NCBI GenBank assembly: GCA_963719035.1 | Contig: CAVRAO010000011.1 | Span: 32,001 to 96,000 of the forward strand | DNA from: Methanobacteriota archaeon | GTDB lineage: Archaea; Halobacteriota; Bog-38; Methanoflorentales; Methanoflorentaceae | Length of the DNA stretch: 64,000 nucleotides | Direction of reading: 5' to 3' | Part shown: piece after piece, positions 28,631-39,291 of the stretch | How the letters are laid out: every line of letters starts with the position of its first letter | How positions within the stretch are numbered: the first letter of the stretch is position 1 | Program-made: the position numbers and the translations under genes | Notes under the pieces: model-generated | Database searches by the model: none | Told to the model about the DNA's origin: nothing | The model's input: only the letters and a program-made list of their open reading frames with translations

Positions 28631-28771
28631 ACAGACCCTGTTTGTGGACCGTTTCTTTGATTAATTTATGGGTACGGCTGCTAAATTTACTGTTAAATCA
28701 CGCTGTTTGGCTGCTTACTGACAGCGAACGGGACTCATATTCTCCAGGTAACTCGGCGTCCGAAACGACCC

Positions 28772-29623
28772 TCATTCATTCAACTTCCAGTATACCCGAT
28801 GATCAGTAATGTCGTAAGCCACTTTGTACGTGCTGACAAGTCCGCTCAAGTGGCCCTTTATGGTAGTGACGGAAAGCCAGTATTGAGCCAGGTTGTCCTG
28901 CACGTTAAGCTCTTTGAGCACGTCGTAGATGAGGTCTTCCGTTGATCGAGCACGCTCTAAAAGTCGCAGTATCATAGCATCGATCTGTGCAAGCCGCTCT
29001 AAGTGAAGTGCGATCTGTTCAACGCTTTCTTCCTTTGACATAACCGCGCCGTGACTCGGAACGAGCCAGTCAAACGCTGTTTTTTTAATCGCGTCAAGCG
29101 AGCGGCGCGTGAGCTCGACGTCAATGGAGTAGGGCAACTTGTGACGTTCCCAGGTTGCCTTCGGGTAGAGGGCGTCTCCTGCAAAGAGCACACCGTTACA
29201 TAAGAAGCCCGTGTGCCCCATAGTATGCCCAGACAAGAGTAATGGGGTTATGCCTCCTTCGAACGGGTACTCTTCGGTATAGCGGTCGACCTTACACGGC
29301 TCTCCGCGGAAGAATTTTGTCGTCATCTCAACCGGTGGACGCGCCCAGTTAAACATGCCCCGGGCATTGAGCTCCGGATTCTCGATTAAAAATGCGTCCT
29401 CTTTCGGAGCAACTACGAGTGCTCGCGTACGCTTCTGCAGCGTACTGGCCCAAGCGAAATGATCGGCATGACCGTGGGTGATGAGGATCCCCTCAAGGTC
29501 GAGCGGGGCGTCAATAACGGCTGTATCGATTAGGTGGTTTTCGTAAAGACCGATGTTGGTTTTGCCAAGAATGCATTTGACGTCGTTTAATTCGATGAAT
29601 TTTTGTCTCACGTAATTTCGCAC
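28772..29623 (-). CDS. MBL-fold metallo-hydrolase with C-terminal wHTH
   Basis: THGHADH, GHTMGH, AGDA, PSHG. Confidence 0.9.
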   Translation of the reverse strand: MRNYVRQKFIELNDVKCILGKTNIGLYENHLIDTAVIDAPLDLEGILITHGHADHFAWASTLQKRTRALVVAPKEDAFLIENPELNARGMFNWARPPVEMTTKFFRGEPCKVDRYTEEYPFEGGITPLLLSGHTMGHTGFLCNGVLFAGDALYPKATWERHKLPYSIDVELTRRSLDAIKKTAFDWLVPSHGAVMSKEESVEQIALHLERLAQIDAMILRLLERARSTEDLIYDVLKELNVQDNLAQYWLSVTTIKGHLSGLVSTYKVAYDITDHRVYWKLNE

Positions 29624-30156
29624 CCCAATTAGTCTCCAACGGTTAGCGAGAGTCTCATTCTAGCATGTGAAAAATGTGACAAGCCTCCCTTCATGTCGCG
29701 ACGATCGAGTCTTAGCAGGTCCTCAGCGATAACTCTAACGGAGCAGATTTTTTAAAATGTCAGCAATTTCATCAGGTACAGGATGGAGCTCGCAATGGAC
29801 CTATTGACGCTGCAAGACCTGCCAAACGTTTAAACATATGCTACGCGGCGGGTTTTATTACGCGACCGGCAAGAGCGAAATAACCCCTGAACAAAAAGGG
29901 TGCTAGTTCCGCACTGCCCCGTGCACTTAGCGTACGGCCTCAAACATGACTTCTTTTGTTTACATAGTGCGGCAGATTAGTTTAGGGTAGGGGGTTTTCG
30001 CACATGTTAAAACGTGCTACGTAGATTGTACTCCCGTTTTGAGGTCACCATCGACCTAATGCGGCAACTTTTATCTTAAATCGAAAGAGTATGTCTGTCT
30101 TTAAAGATCTTTGATGGTCACTGACCACCATCTAAAACACGATGAGGTGATAAACG

Positions 30157-30474
30157 GTGCAATTCTTTGTAAGGTGGCGCATTGACAATACAATGCTTGC
30201 TAAGCCCGCTACGCCCGAAGAGATTGGGAAGCTATATTCAGCGATGCTCAAAATGGTAAAAGAGGATCTGCGCTACGGGTCCTTTAGCGCGTTTGGACAG
30301 TTTGGGAACGGCAGGGATGGATATGTCATAAGCGATCTAAAAGACGTAACAGACTTGGCTGCGGTTATGTTCAAGTACCGGCCATATGTTACGTGGAAGA
30401 TCCGTCCGGTGCTTGATGTTGACGAATCGATGGTAGTGATACAGGAAGCAAGTGCGACCGTCAAGCTTGAGTAA
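30157..30474 (+). CDS. DUF3303-like protein
   Basis: GAGGTG RBS; MQFFVRW...GYVI...PVL pattern. Confidence 0.55.
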   Translation: MQFFVRWRIDNTMLAKPATPEEIGKLYSAMLKMVKEDLRYGSFSAFGQFGNGRDGYVISDLKDVTDLAAVMFKYRPYVTWKIRPVLDVDESMVVIQEASATVKLE

Positions 30475-30679
30475 TTTGGTTTAAATGTAATTCAAGCAAT
30501 CTCCTTACCCGCGCGCCACGTCGCCTGCAGGAGGCCGCTCGACGCACCGGAGCAGATCATCCTTTTAGGAGAACATGCTCGAGCTGTGTGTGCTGCGGTA
30601 CAGCGTGTAAACCTTCTTACTGTCCGTTTAAGCAAAAAAGTCGTGAGCGGGTTTTTTAGCTTTTGTTTCAACTCCTGCT

Positions 30680-31153
30680 CTACGAATTAGCGAGATAGTC
30701 TCGATAATTAAGGACGAAATACCTCTTCCCTTTTTTCCGTACGACAAACCCTTCATCCTCGAGCAGTCGTTTCTGAGCTTCAGCGCCACCCGGATATTTC
30801 TCGTTTAGAAATCCATCCGCCTTCAACGTTCGCCAGTATGGAATGTTCAAGAGCGTGCCATCTTGTATGCCCTCTTCCACAGCGTTTGCCGCTGTCATGA
30901 TGAAAATACCAGTAGTAAGCGAGCAGCACGCTTTGACCCCGTGGTTCTTGGCAATTCTCTTACATATCTCCACAATGGTGATGAGCTTACCCGCCGGGAC
31001 ATCTTTCATGACCGCAACAACCTCGCTCGGATTGACCAGAACGACAGGGTCGCCAGGCTCAGCTCCCATTTTGTGCACCGCGTTGTAGCAGGGGAATCGC
31101 TCTTCTAATTCCATCACCTTTGGCAGCCCTTTTTTATCTCCCAGTTTCTGCAT
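30680..31153 (-). CDS. MGMT/alkyltransferase-like DNA-binding protein
   Basis: VPAGKLIT, IPYWRTL, Q..LLEDEG. Confidence 0.75.
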   Translation of the reverse strand: MQKLGDKKGLPKVMELEERFPCYNAVHKMGAEPGDPVVLVNPSEVVAVMKDVPAGKLITIVEICKRIAKNHGVKACCSLTTGIFIMTAANAVEEGIQDGTLLNIPYWRTLKADGFLNEKYPGGAEAQKRLLEDEGFVVRKKGKRYFVLNYRDYLANS

Positions 31154-31276
31154 CCACGTTTTCTTTTTTGTACGTCATTAGTCACGCCCCTTGAGTTTCG
31201 CCCCTCCGTTTTTGACCAATCCACGGTCGCGCTTTTTTGCTTCATTAATGTTTTTTGGCAAGCCCCAGCCTCGTTG

Positions 31277-31735
31277 TCACTCTTCCCACCTGTACAACTG
31301 CTTTTTCGTCAGTAAGCGATCACCGTTACAATTAAAACATATCCCATTGTGGCAACATAGCATCCCGCCGCACTTCGAACACTGCCACTTCGCGTTCTCA
31401 CGCTCAATAAAAGCAGCAAGCGAATGCTGTTTGATAAAGACAAGATTTTCGATAAAACTCATGCGATAACGCTTTTGATACCGTGCGTCAATATGTTCTA
31501 AGTTCCTGCACGGGAAACTGCTACATTCGTAACAAAACCGTACGTTGTGATTCAGAAGGAGCTCACATTGTTTCTTTAGAAACGCGCATTTCTTATCTCG
31601 GGGGCGACATCCAGCGCAGTAAGACATTCTCACCCCTTTACGTTTTACATCGTGCTTGCGCGCAAGGTAGCTACTACATACCAAGCAGTTCATGCCGCAC
31701 GGAGCGATGAGTTCGGCTTTTTCAGTCTCGAGCAT
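31277..31735 (-). CDS. DUF3795-like Cys-rich protein
   Basis: APCGMNCLVC, CAGC, CYECSSFPC, CSKCGG..CCH..CFNC. Confidence 0.8.
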   Translation of the reverse strand: MLETEKAELIAPCGMNCLVCSSYLARKHDVKRKGVRMSYCAGCRPRDKKCAFLKKQCELLLNHNVRFCYECSSFPCRNLEHIDARYQKRYRMSFIENLVFIKQHSLAAFIERENAKWQCSKCGGMLCCHNGICFNCNGDRLLTKKQLYRWEE

Positions 31736-31852
31736 AAGCTATCTTGGGGAATTTCGTCTGCCCGCTCATATAATGCTTTCTTTCACCCTAGCTCCGTACA
31801 TTGGTAGCCGTTTATAAACGGGCATAGCGCATCGCCCGCACGTTCCCATCAT

Positions 31853-31899
31853 GTGACGAAAACGTTCTGTCACGCTATGTGACAAAAACGTTCTGTCAC
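31853..31899. promoter_or_regulatory. Tandem GTGAC-N11-GTCAC palindromes (single copy at 28379..28399)
   Basis: GTGACGAAAACGTTCTGTCAC and GTGACAAAAACGTTCTGTCAC upstream of peptide copy 2. Confidence 0.6.
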
Positions 31900-31964
31900 G
31901 CTTTTCCACGAAATCGCAGCCTCACGCGGCCTTATGACAGCACTCCGTGTAGTCTGATTCGGAG

Positions 31965-32129
31965 ATGAGCGTGATGGCAACAAACGCAACGACCATAAAC
32001 AACGGGGCCTGCCTCTACGGCCTTCGCTACGGCTGTGTGAACACCACGAACGACCCGAACTGCAACCAGTGCGCAGAGCGCCTCGCCAATGCGGTCAACA
32101 GCGTGCTCCGGCCAACAGCGCACAGATGA
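31965..32129 (+). CDS. 54-aa 4-Cys peptide (copy 2)
   Basis: MSVMATNATTINNGACLYGLRYGCVNTTNDPNCNQCAERLANAVNSVLRPTAHR; frame and length preserved. Confidence 0.65.
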   Translation: MSVMATNATTINNGACLYGLRYGCVNTTNDPNCNQCAERLANAVNSVLRPTAHR

Positions 32130-32160
32130 ATAAACGTGCAGATTTAACGCGATTATTCTA

Positions 32161-32304
32161 CTAATCAGCGGGTTTCGGTTTCCTGGGTTCTATAAAGAAT
32201 ATGAAGAAAACAAAGAAGAGAAAGAACAGCGGCTGGTTGAGGAGCACGCCTAAGAATCCAAGCAAACCGATGAGGCCCCAATACCAGTGTATCTTTAGTT
32301 CCAT
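32161..32304 (-). CDS. 47-aa Phe/Gly-rich membrane protein
   Basis: MELKIHWYWGLIGLLGFLGVLLNQPLFFLFFVFFIFF; homolog near 62729..62842. Confidence 0.6.
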   Translation of the reverse strand: MELKIHWYWGLIGLLGFLGVLLNQPLFFLFFVFFIFFIEPRKPKPAD

Positions 32305-32657
32305 ATTCGTCCACTTGCAGTTCTCTTTAGTTTATAGGATATATATAAAAAGCCATTACTGAATGGCAAAAGCGAACAACGCGCCTGCAACAACTCACTC
32401 TCGGATGACAGCACGAAGGTCGCTTTCACAGACGCTAACGCAGCTTCCTTCCCCATCTCCGTAACGCGCAGTGCTGGCTGAGCGCGTTGGCATCATAAGA
32501 TCACACCTTTCTGAAGCTGCTGACCAAAAGGGTTATATGAACGCCTTTTCATGAGCCGATAGAGGTCGCTGGTGCGATTATTATGGGGCTCAAACGGGTG
32601 TATTGGAGCACCTGCGTTGATGTCGATCGTGAGTTATCGCGTTAGTTAGGTGAAGAT

Positions 32658-33701
32658 ATGTCAAAGAGAATTCAAGTCGGCGTACTTGGCGCCACTGGCG
32701 CCGTCGGACAGCGCTTTTGTCAACTCCTCGAGGCACACCCGTGGTTTGAAGTGGGGGCGGTCACGGCCTCTGAGCGGAGCGCGGGGAAGAACTATGAGGA
32801 CGCGGTTGATTGGCGTTTGAGCACGCCCATACCCGAAAACATAGGGGATCTTCGCGTTATTCCGACCACGGCAGCGGACATGCCTGATGATGTGAAACTG
32901 GTCTTTTCATCCCTCCCGGCCGACATCGCAGAACGCGTCGAAGCGGAGTACGCCAGCGACGGCTTTGGCGTCTCGAGTAACGCCGCCTCGTACAGGATGT
33001 TCGACGATGTGCCCCTCCTCATTCCCGAGGTCAACAAAGATCACGTGCAATTGATCCAGATACAGAAAGAGCAGCGCGGTTGGGATGGTTTCATCGTTAC
33101 CAACCCGAATTGTTCCACCATCGTGCTCGTCATGACGCTTAAACCGCTCATGCAGCTCGGGCTTACCGACGTCAAGGTCGCGACGATGCAGGCGGTATCT
33201 GGTGGGGGGTACACCGGGGTCTCATCTATGGCCATCCTCGATAACGTCGTGCCCTATATCGGTGGAGAGGAGGAGAAGATGCAGACCGAGACACCGAAGA
33301 TTCTTGGCGCGTTTAACGGAACGAAGGTCGTCAACGCCAGTGTCACTGTCAGCGCGATCTGCAACCGCGTCCCGGTGATCGACGGACATACTGAATCGGT
33401 ATGGGTTGACGTCGATGCGTCTCCTGAGGTCGTAAAACAGGCCATGGACTCGCTTCCGCCCCTCAAAGGATTACCATCTGCTCCCGAACGCCCTGTAATA
33501 GTCAGAGAGGAGAACGATCGACCGCAGCCGCGGCTTGACCGCGACGTTTACGACGGAATGAGCGTTACCGTTGGTCGGGTGAGGCGTGACGTTGTCAAGG
33601 GCATTAAGTATACGCTGATGGGCCATAACACTATAAGGGGAGCTGCAGGAGCTTCGATTCTCAACGCGGAGATGCTCGCCTCTGAAGGCTTCCTCAAGTA
33701 G
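32658..33701 (+). CDS. asd: Aspartate-semialdehyde dehydrogenase
   Basis: [36 protein letters not shown]. Confidence 0.97.
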   Translation: MSKRIQVGVLGATGAVGQRFCQLLEAHPWFEVGAVTASERSAGKNYEDAVDWRLSTPIPENIGDLRVIPTTAADMPDDVKLVFSSLPADIAERVEAEYASDGFGVSSNAASYRMFDDVPLLIPEVNKDHVQLIQIQKEQRGWDGFIVTNPNCSTIVLVMTLKPLMQLGLTDVKVATMQAVSGGGYTGVSSMAILDNVVPYIGGEEEKMQTETPKILGAFNGTKVVNASVTVSAICNRVPVIDGHTESVWVDVDASPEVVKQAMDSLPPLKGLPSAPERPVIVREENDRPQPRLDRDVYDGMSVTVGRVRRDVVKGIKYTLMGHNTIRGAAGASILNAEMLASEGFLK

Positions 33702-34120
33702 GGGCGAGCAGTAGCACCGTCAGGTACCCCCACAATCTGGTAGTACCGAAAAAAGCGCACCGGGCAAGAGCCGAGACCCTACGACCTCGGTCAGTATCTC
33801 TTGGTGAGCATAGCGTGTCAGGTTGGCGATGGACGTGCGCTCTTCGTCGTTACAAGGGTGCTCCGCCCGAATAATGGTTTCTCCGTTATGCCCATTTAGA
33901 GCTTTTGTAACGTTGCCTTTGAAGAGCCTATTTTGATTGCATTGACGGTAACAGCAAAGGGCAGCAGCTCTCATGCAGTCCGCTCAAGCACGAGGTCTTC
34001 AAGGTGCATCTGTAGTACTCTTGAGCTGAGATCTCAGCCGTAAGCTCGCGTTCAGGTGCAAACAGATAGGCCTTTATTTACGATGGTCGCATTAGGGAGT
34101 ACCACTGTTGGAGTGATATA

Positions 34121-34498
34121 ATGGCAGAATTGACGACAACAATAGTTGAAGAGCAGCTCGCAAAGCACAACTTCATCGACCGGGGCGGCGCGCAAAAAGA
34201 ACCTGAGGGCATGCGATTTCGCTTGTTCTCGGTCGGCACGCAGAGCAACCTGCTGCTCGAAATAGGGTCTGACAACGGGATTAGACTTGTCCTTTCAACA
34301 CTGATGGAGCCGCTTGTCGAACGGCTCAAAGGAAGTGGCGAGATCGTCCTCGACGAGTCCAAGGACTTCACCCTTGCTAAGGATGAAACGGTCAAATTTG
34401 AGAAGCGGCAGGGAGATGCGCCCTATTGGTGGTCCTACAAGGTCGGGGATTACACAGAACCAGGTACCTGCTCAAGGCCATCGATATGTACGAGATGA
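34121..34498 (+). CDS. Hypothetical protein
   Basis: ORF with GGAGTG RBS and protein-like composition. Confidence 0.55.
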   Translation: MAELTTTIVEEQLAKHNFIDRGGAQKEPEGMRFRLFSVGTQSNLLLEIGSDNGIRLVLSTLMEPLVERLKGSGEIVLDESKDFTLAKDETVKFEKRQGDAPYWWSYKVGDYTEPGTCSRPSICTR

Positions 34499-34673
34499 TG
34501 ATGGGTTGGGGAGATGAGCTTACGAGCGCACCCCCAGCTGCAGAGTAATAATCTTTTTGATTAGCTAAAAAGGCTTAAACTAAGCTCTTGAACGATTGGA
34601 AGCCGCAGTTTGCGGAGCGGCACTCGTGGTGAGTGAGAACCTTAATATACGAACATAAGATAAGGGTATCTGC

Positions 34674-34747
34674 GGGCTCGTGGTCTAGCTGGTTATGACA
34701 TCGCCTTTACACGGCGAAGGTCGGGCGTTCGAATCGCCTCGAGCCCA
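34674..34747 (+). tRNA. tRNA-Val (TAC)
   Basis: GGGCTCG/CGAGCCC acceptor stem, TCGCC-TTTACAC-GGCGA anticodon arm, GTTCGAATC T-loop. Confidence 0.97.
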
Positions 34748-34993
34748 TCGTTTTTTTGAATATTGGTGGAAAAATAGGCTTCTTTTTCAATAAGGGTTCG
34801 TAACTCCCTGATTTCTTCTTCAAGAACCTCAATTCGAGCCGAAAAATCAGATTTGGCGTTTTGTTTTAACTCAACAAACGCGAAAATTTAAGCTTGTCTT
34901 TCCCTTTGTTACATATCCAAGATTCTCCATTTTTTACGGTCGTTTCCAATCTACTTGCGCAGATCGGTGCTTGGAGCGACATGTCGAAACACG

Positions 34994-35968
34994 TTAATTA
35001 TTACGTGTCACCTGTGTCCTTACATCTACTGTCTGCCCATTCGTGGTCATCATGATCGTTCCTTGCGTATCCGTCCGATATACCGTCGCGTTCACGGCAG
35101 CCAGTCGTGTCAGCGCTTGTGGCGCTGGATGGCCGTACGTGTTGTTCGCGCCGACCGAGATCACGGCGATATGTGGTGTGACCGCCCTAAGGAACGATGC
35201 ACTCGTAGCGGAGCGACTTCCGTGATGCCCCACTTTCAGCACATAAGCGCTGCAGTTGTACGTTGAGATCATATGCGCCTCAGCTGATGATTCTGCATCG
35301 CCCATCAGCAGATAGCTCACACGTTGATAAGTCACTTTAATGACTATGCTGTCATCATTATCCGGCGCATGCGTCGCGGAAATCTGCTGCAACGGATTAA
35401 TGACGAAAACAGCTGTATCCGAGTCGATGGCTATGCTGTCGCCTGCCCTCGATTTTGTGTAGGTGATGTTCTTTTGCGCGATTAACTGCAGGAACGTCGC
35501 GTACGTAGCGCTTGATTTCGGGAGCCCTACGTCATAGACGTGATCCACCTGCATTGAATCAAGAACAGTGATTAAACCGCCAACGTGATCGGAGTCTGGA
35601 TGTGTTGCGACAACCCCATTAAGACGTGTTATCCCGATAGAATGGAGATAAGCCACGACTGTGGGCCCCTCTGACTGTTTGCCGCCATCGATGAGCAGCG
35701 ATTCGTTATGTGGGAACGTCAAAAGGATAGCGTCTCCCTGCCCCACGTCGATGACTGACATAGTGAGATTCGAGCCTATCGATTGTTGGACCTGAGGGAG
35801 TTCTAAGGAAGGATTTGCCGCTGGAGTTGAACCCGACGGTGAGGTGTTCGCGGTAGGTGAGGGTGACAGCGTTGATACAGGAAACGTTATGCAACCGGCC
35901 ACAGACAGCGACGCTACGATAACAAGCACTATCGCAGCTATTGGTTTCAATTGCATACGATTATGCAA
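34994..35968 (-). CDS. ComEC/Rec2-like MBL hydrolase lipoprotein
   Basis: VAGC lipobox; DVGQGDA, THPDSDH, MGDA, KVGHHGS, YGHP. Confidence 0.9.
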   Translation of the reverse strand: MHNRMQLKPIAAIVLVIVASLSVAGCITFPVSTLSPSPTANTSPSGSTPAANPSLELPQVQQSIGSNLTMSVIDVGQGDAILLTFPHNESLLIDGGKQSEGPTVVAYLHSIGITRLNGVVATHPDSDHVGGLITVLDSMQVDHVYDVGLPKSSATYATFLQLIAQKNITYTKSRAGDSIAIDSDTAVFVINPLQQISATHAPDNDDSIVIKVTYQRVSYLLMGDAESSAEAHMISTYNCSAYVLKVGHHGSRSATSASFLRAVTPHIAVISVGANNTYGHPAPQALTRLAAVNATVYRTDTQGTIMMTTNGQTVDVRTQVTRNN

Positions 35969-36085
35969 GAGGCGACGGGTGGCTTAACTATTCCAATTAA
36001 GCAGAATGAAAAAAAGAGAGAGCATGCTACATTATTCGCGTAAAGATGCGAAAATTTTTTCCATTTAATGAACGTGATATAGTCT

Positions 36086-36298
36086 ATGAAACGACTCGTA
36101 AGGATTAAGGAGGGCAGGTGGCTGGCAGGGGTCTGCGGCGGAATCGCAAAATATTACGATATCGATCCCATCATCATTCGACTCTTATGGTTAGCCTTCA
36201 CCCTTGCATTTGGTGTTGGTCTCCTTGTCTACATCGTAGCATGGATCCTGATTCCGGAGGAGGGGGAAGAAGAAAACGTTGAAATTAATACGCTCTAG
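36086..36298 (+). CDS. PspC domain protein
   Basis: RWLAGVCGGIA..Y.ID..IIR...YIVAWILIP. Confidence 0.92.
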   Translation: MKRLVRIKEGRWLAGVCGGIAKYYDIDPIIIRLLWLAFTLAFGVGLLVYIVAWILIPEEGEEENVEINTL

Positions 36299-36834
36299 GC
36301 GGCTAATACGTTGTCAACCCACTGTTTTACAGGCGTACCGTAGCCCCATTGGAAATACACTACTTGCCCCGTCTCTAATATGGTTGCACTCACCCAATTA
36401 GCGTTAGGAGCTCCATTTTCAAACGTTGCGTTATATAGTGTATTTCCGTGGGTTAGGGTCGTGGTTACCCGTGGGTTATTTGCATAATATGGCTGAAGGT
36501 CACCGTAATACTCAGAGTAACCGTTATTACACATAGTTCCCGCACAGTGAACGACTATAGCAACGTGGTAGTTGTATTTTACTGGCGCAGGCGGCGTAAA
36601 TTTTGGTGCTGGTGCGGCAGAAGCAGAAGGAGTTATTAGCGTAGCAGAAGGCTTTACTAGCGTTTTCGAAGTATTTTTGACCGTATTAGCAGCCGTTGCT
36701 GGCGGCGTCTCGCCCGGTGATGAAGAAAGATTAGCGCAGCCCGCTATTAACAAAGAAGCAACTAAAAGCAGTAGAACAATTATCGCAGTTATCGGTTTCA
36801 ATTGCGTACGCTTAGTTTTTGCAGCAGAAGCCAT
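36295..36834 (-). CDS. Hypothetical lipoprotein with QLKPITAI signal
   Basis: Shared signal peptide with IAGC lipobox; original ATG appears mutated to ACG. Confidence 0.7.
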   Translation of the reverse strand: MASAAKTKRTQLKPITAIIVLLLLVASLLIAGCANLSSSPGETPPATAANTVKNTSKTLVKPSATLITPSASAAPAPKFTPPAPVKYNYHVAIVVHCAGTMCNNGYSEYYGDLQPYYANNPRVTTTLTHGNTLYNATFENGAPNANWVSATILETGQVVYFQWGYGTPVKQWVDNVLAA

Positions 36835-37219
36835 GTTAAACTAGCCTTTTTCATAAGTTTAAGTCTACAATAAGCGCCCACCCCAACAGCGCAAAAAATG
36901 ATAAACCCGCTAATATGATAGAGTAAGCTGGGGTTATTACAAACATCACCATTATGGCCACCCCTACTAGAGAATAAATCTCTTGGGCATACTTCATCAT
37001 TTATCGCGAACCTCACGCTTATGCAAGAAGCTAAGGTTGGCTTAACTATTCCTATTCTACACGACACTTTTCATGCCGTCACTCCATGTTGTATTATCCT
37101 CTAGGAACGGGACCCGTCAGTCAAAGGAAATCGAAAAAATAAATAATTAGCTAGGAGATAAGGAATGGGTTATAGGAACCCATTTCTAACTTTGTTTATC
37201 AACAAGCCCTTCTATGCGG

Positions 37220-37643
37220 TTATGTGATAGTAATCTTTGACGTAAGTTGCGAAGGTTGATAGGTACTATCACCTGCAAATTTCAGTGTGACGTCATATGT
37301 GCCTGGATTCAAACCGCTTGTGTCGAGGTACGCGGTATAATAACAGTCACTGCCTCCTGAAGATATTGTGCCAATTGTCGCAGTGACCGCTCCGTGGCCA
37401 CAAATCCGGTAGCCTGACGCAATTACATTGATTCCTATGTTGTCTCCCCCGCTTGGATCGCGGACGAATTGAATTGAGTATTTGATGGTATGCATCGACG
37501 TATCGCGCAAGCTTCGAATCTGGAATTGGACTCGGACTCGCTGTGTTATTTGTTGTATTTATGATGCAACCGACTGCCGATGTTAAGACAACAACGAGAA
37601 CGACTATCGCCGTTATCAGTTTCAATTGCATACGCTCATGCAA
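37220..37643 (-). pseudogene. Lipoprotein with Ig-like C-terminus, out-of-frame join
   Basis: MQLKLITAI..AVGC in one frame; PGTYDVTLKFAGDSTY in another. Confidence 0.65.
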
Positions 37644-37675
37644 GACTTAGAGGTTGGCTTAACAATTCCGATTTC

Positions 37676-38233
37676 CTATGGTGTGGTTGTAGGAGTCAAA
37701 GTAAAGATTAAGTCAATATGCACAAAAGTGAAAAATAGGAAAATCCCAAGAATGATCGCTCCGATTATTGCAGTCGCAAGTATGATCTTCTCTCTGTTCT
37801 TTTCTGCCTCTTGACGTAGCGCTATTTCGGATGGCGTTTTCGGCTCCTGTCGTGGTTGCCTATACGATTGAATCGCGGAAACGGCTACTGTAAGAAACAC
37901 GAAGACTATTGAGATTAATGCTATTACAGCAATAGCTTGCCCCGCAGGGGTATGCGGAGCGGTCACACCAGAACTGTCCAGTGCTAATGCAACGAGTATA
38001 ATTACAAACATCCAGATCCACGCCACAACTAGCGTTCTTGTTGCCGACAATACGCGAATTACACGATTCTTACTCTTCGGCGGAGGTTGAGGCTTTAGAT
38101 CAACGTAGTCAGTAGCTTTTGTAGTAGTGTGCGATGGGGTTGCCTGTCCACAGTTGGAACAAAACTTACTTTCAGGGACTAGTGTCGCTCCACAGTGTTT
38201 ACAAAATATAGCCGTCATGTTACAACCACCCAA
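37676..38233 (-). CDS. Zinc-ribbon membrane protein
   Basis: FCKHCG...FCSNCG plus three TM segments. Confidence 0.8.
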   Translation of the reverse strand: MGGCNMTAIFCKHCGATLVPESKFCSNCGQATPSHTTTKATDYVDLKPQPPPKSKNRVIRVLSATRTLVVAWIWMFVIILVALALDSSGVTAPHTPAGQAIAVIALISIVFVFLTVAVSAIQSYRQPRQEPKTPSEIALRQEAEKNREKIILATAIIGAIILGIFLFFTFVHIDLIFTLTPTTTP

Positions 38234-38303
38234 TCATGTTTACAAAATCAAGACGTGCATTAAAGAGACTATTAGAGGCTTAACGTTTCCTGTTAAAGAG
38301 TAT

Positions 38304-38480
38304 TTACCTAGGACGCCAAGTGTTCACTGCCCACGTAACGATAAAGGGCACTGCTAGGATAACAGCGCCATATGCAACAGTAAGGGTTTGATAAAATAGA
38401 CCAATTATCCCTAAAATTATGACAATAGCTTTTATCGCATCTTGGTGTTCGTCAGGGAATAAGATAGATTCTTTTGCCAT
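38304..38480 (-). CDS. Small 2-TM protein
   Basis: MAKESILFPDEHQDAIKAIVIILGIIGLF...; GGAG RBS. Confidence 0.5.
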   Translation of the reverse strand: MAKESILFPDEHQDAIKAIVIILGIIGLFYQTLTVAYGAVILAVPFIVTWAVNTWRPR

Positions 38481-38522
38481 CGCTCCAAACGCGTAACATA
38501 GCCGTAATAGATTTAAGCGTTG

Positions 38523-38690
38523 TTACTTTTCAGGAATTTTAAGATAGGCGAGAACCACTCCAATGATGATACATGCTGCGCCAATGAATACGTTATAGAG
38601 GGCAGCCGTTTGTACATAGACTCCGTATAACGAAATCACTGTAACAAACACACCAACAATTAGGAAAATCCAAGCAAGTGTTGAGACCAA
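38523..38690 (-). CDS. Small 2-TM protein
   Basis: GAGGTG RBS, TTG start, VSTLAWIFLIVGVFV... Confidence 0.55.
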   Translation of the reverse strand: MVSTLAWIFLIVGVFVTVISLYGVYVQTAALYNVFIGAACIIIGVVLAYLKIPEK

Positions 38691-38874
38691 CGCTTTTCAC
38701 CTCTTTCTCTTTACATGGTCGAAAAATAAATCAACGCGTAAGATGGTGATAATTTAGTTAAGCGTTATCTTTTTAGTTCTATTTTTTGCCAAAACACAAA
38801 GTTATGCAGACTTTGTTTGACATCTACCTTATGCAAGAAGCGAAGGATGGCTTAACAAATCCTATTCTTGCTTT

Positions 38875-39291
38875 CTATTGAACGATAATCGTCCCCTTCT
38901 CCTGCGAGTGGATGTAGCAGTTGTAGGGATACGTTCCTGTGGTATTGAACTGATACGTATAAGTGTCGCCCGCGCCAATTAATGGCGTTGAACCGCCCTT
39001 GCTCTCTCTTGGCGGCGTTGAAAATATTGAGTTCTCTGAAAAGAGCTGATGGTCGACCGAATCGTTGTTTCTCCACGTCACATTAGCCCCTTTTTGAATC
39101 GTGAGCGAAGAAGGGTTAAAGGCATAATCGTTGATCACAACTGTATTTTGACTAGCAGTGCTAGCAACTGTGCTTGGCGTAGGGGATTGATTTGTGGTGC
39201 TTGAAGTGCAACCAGCAACGGACAAAGATGCGACCATAAGCAATAGAACGGCTATCGCGGTTATTGGTTTTAGTTGCATACGCTTATTCAA
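38875..39291 (-). CDS. Cupredoxin (plastocyanin-like) lipoprotein
   Basis: VAGC lipobox; AFNPSSLTI..VTW.N.D..H; GTYPYNCYIH. Confidence 0.88.
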   Translation of the reverse strand: MNKRMQLKPITAIAVLLLMVASLSVAGCTSSTTNQSPTPSTVASTASQNTVVINDYAFNPSSLTIQKGANVTWRNNDSVDHQLFSENSIFSTPPRESKGGSTPLIGAGDTYTYQFNTTGTYPYNCYIHSQEKGTIIVQ

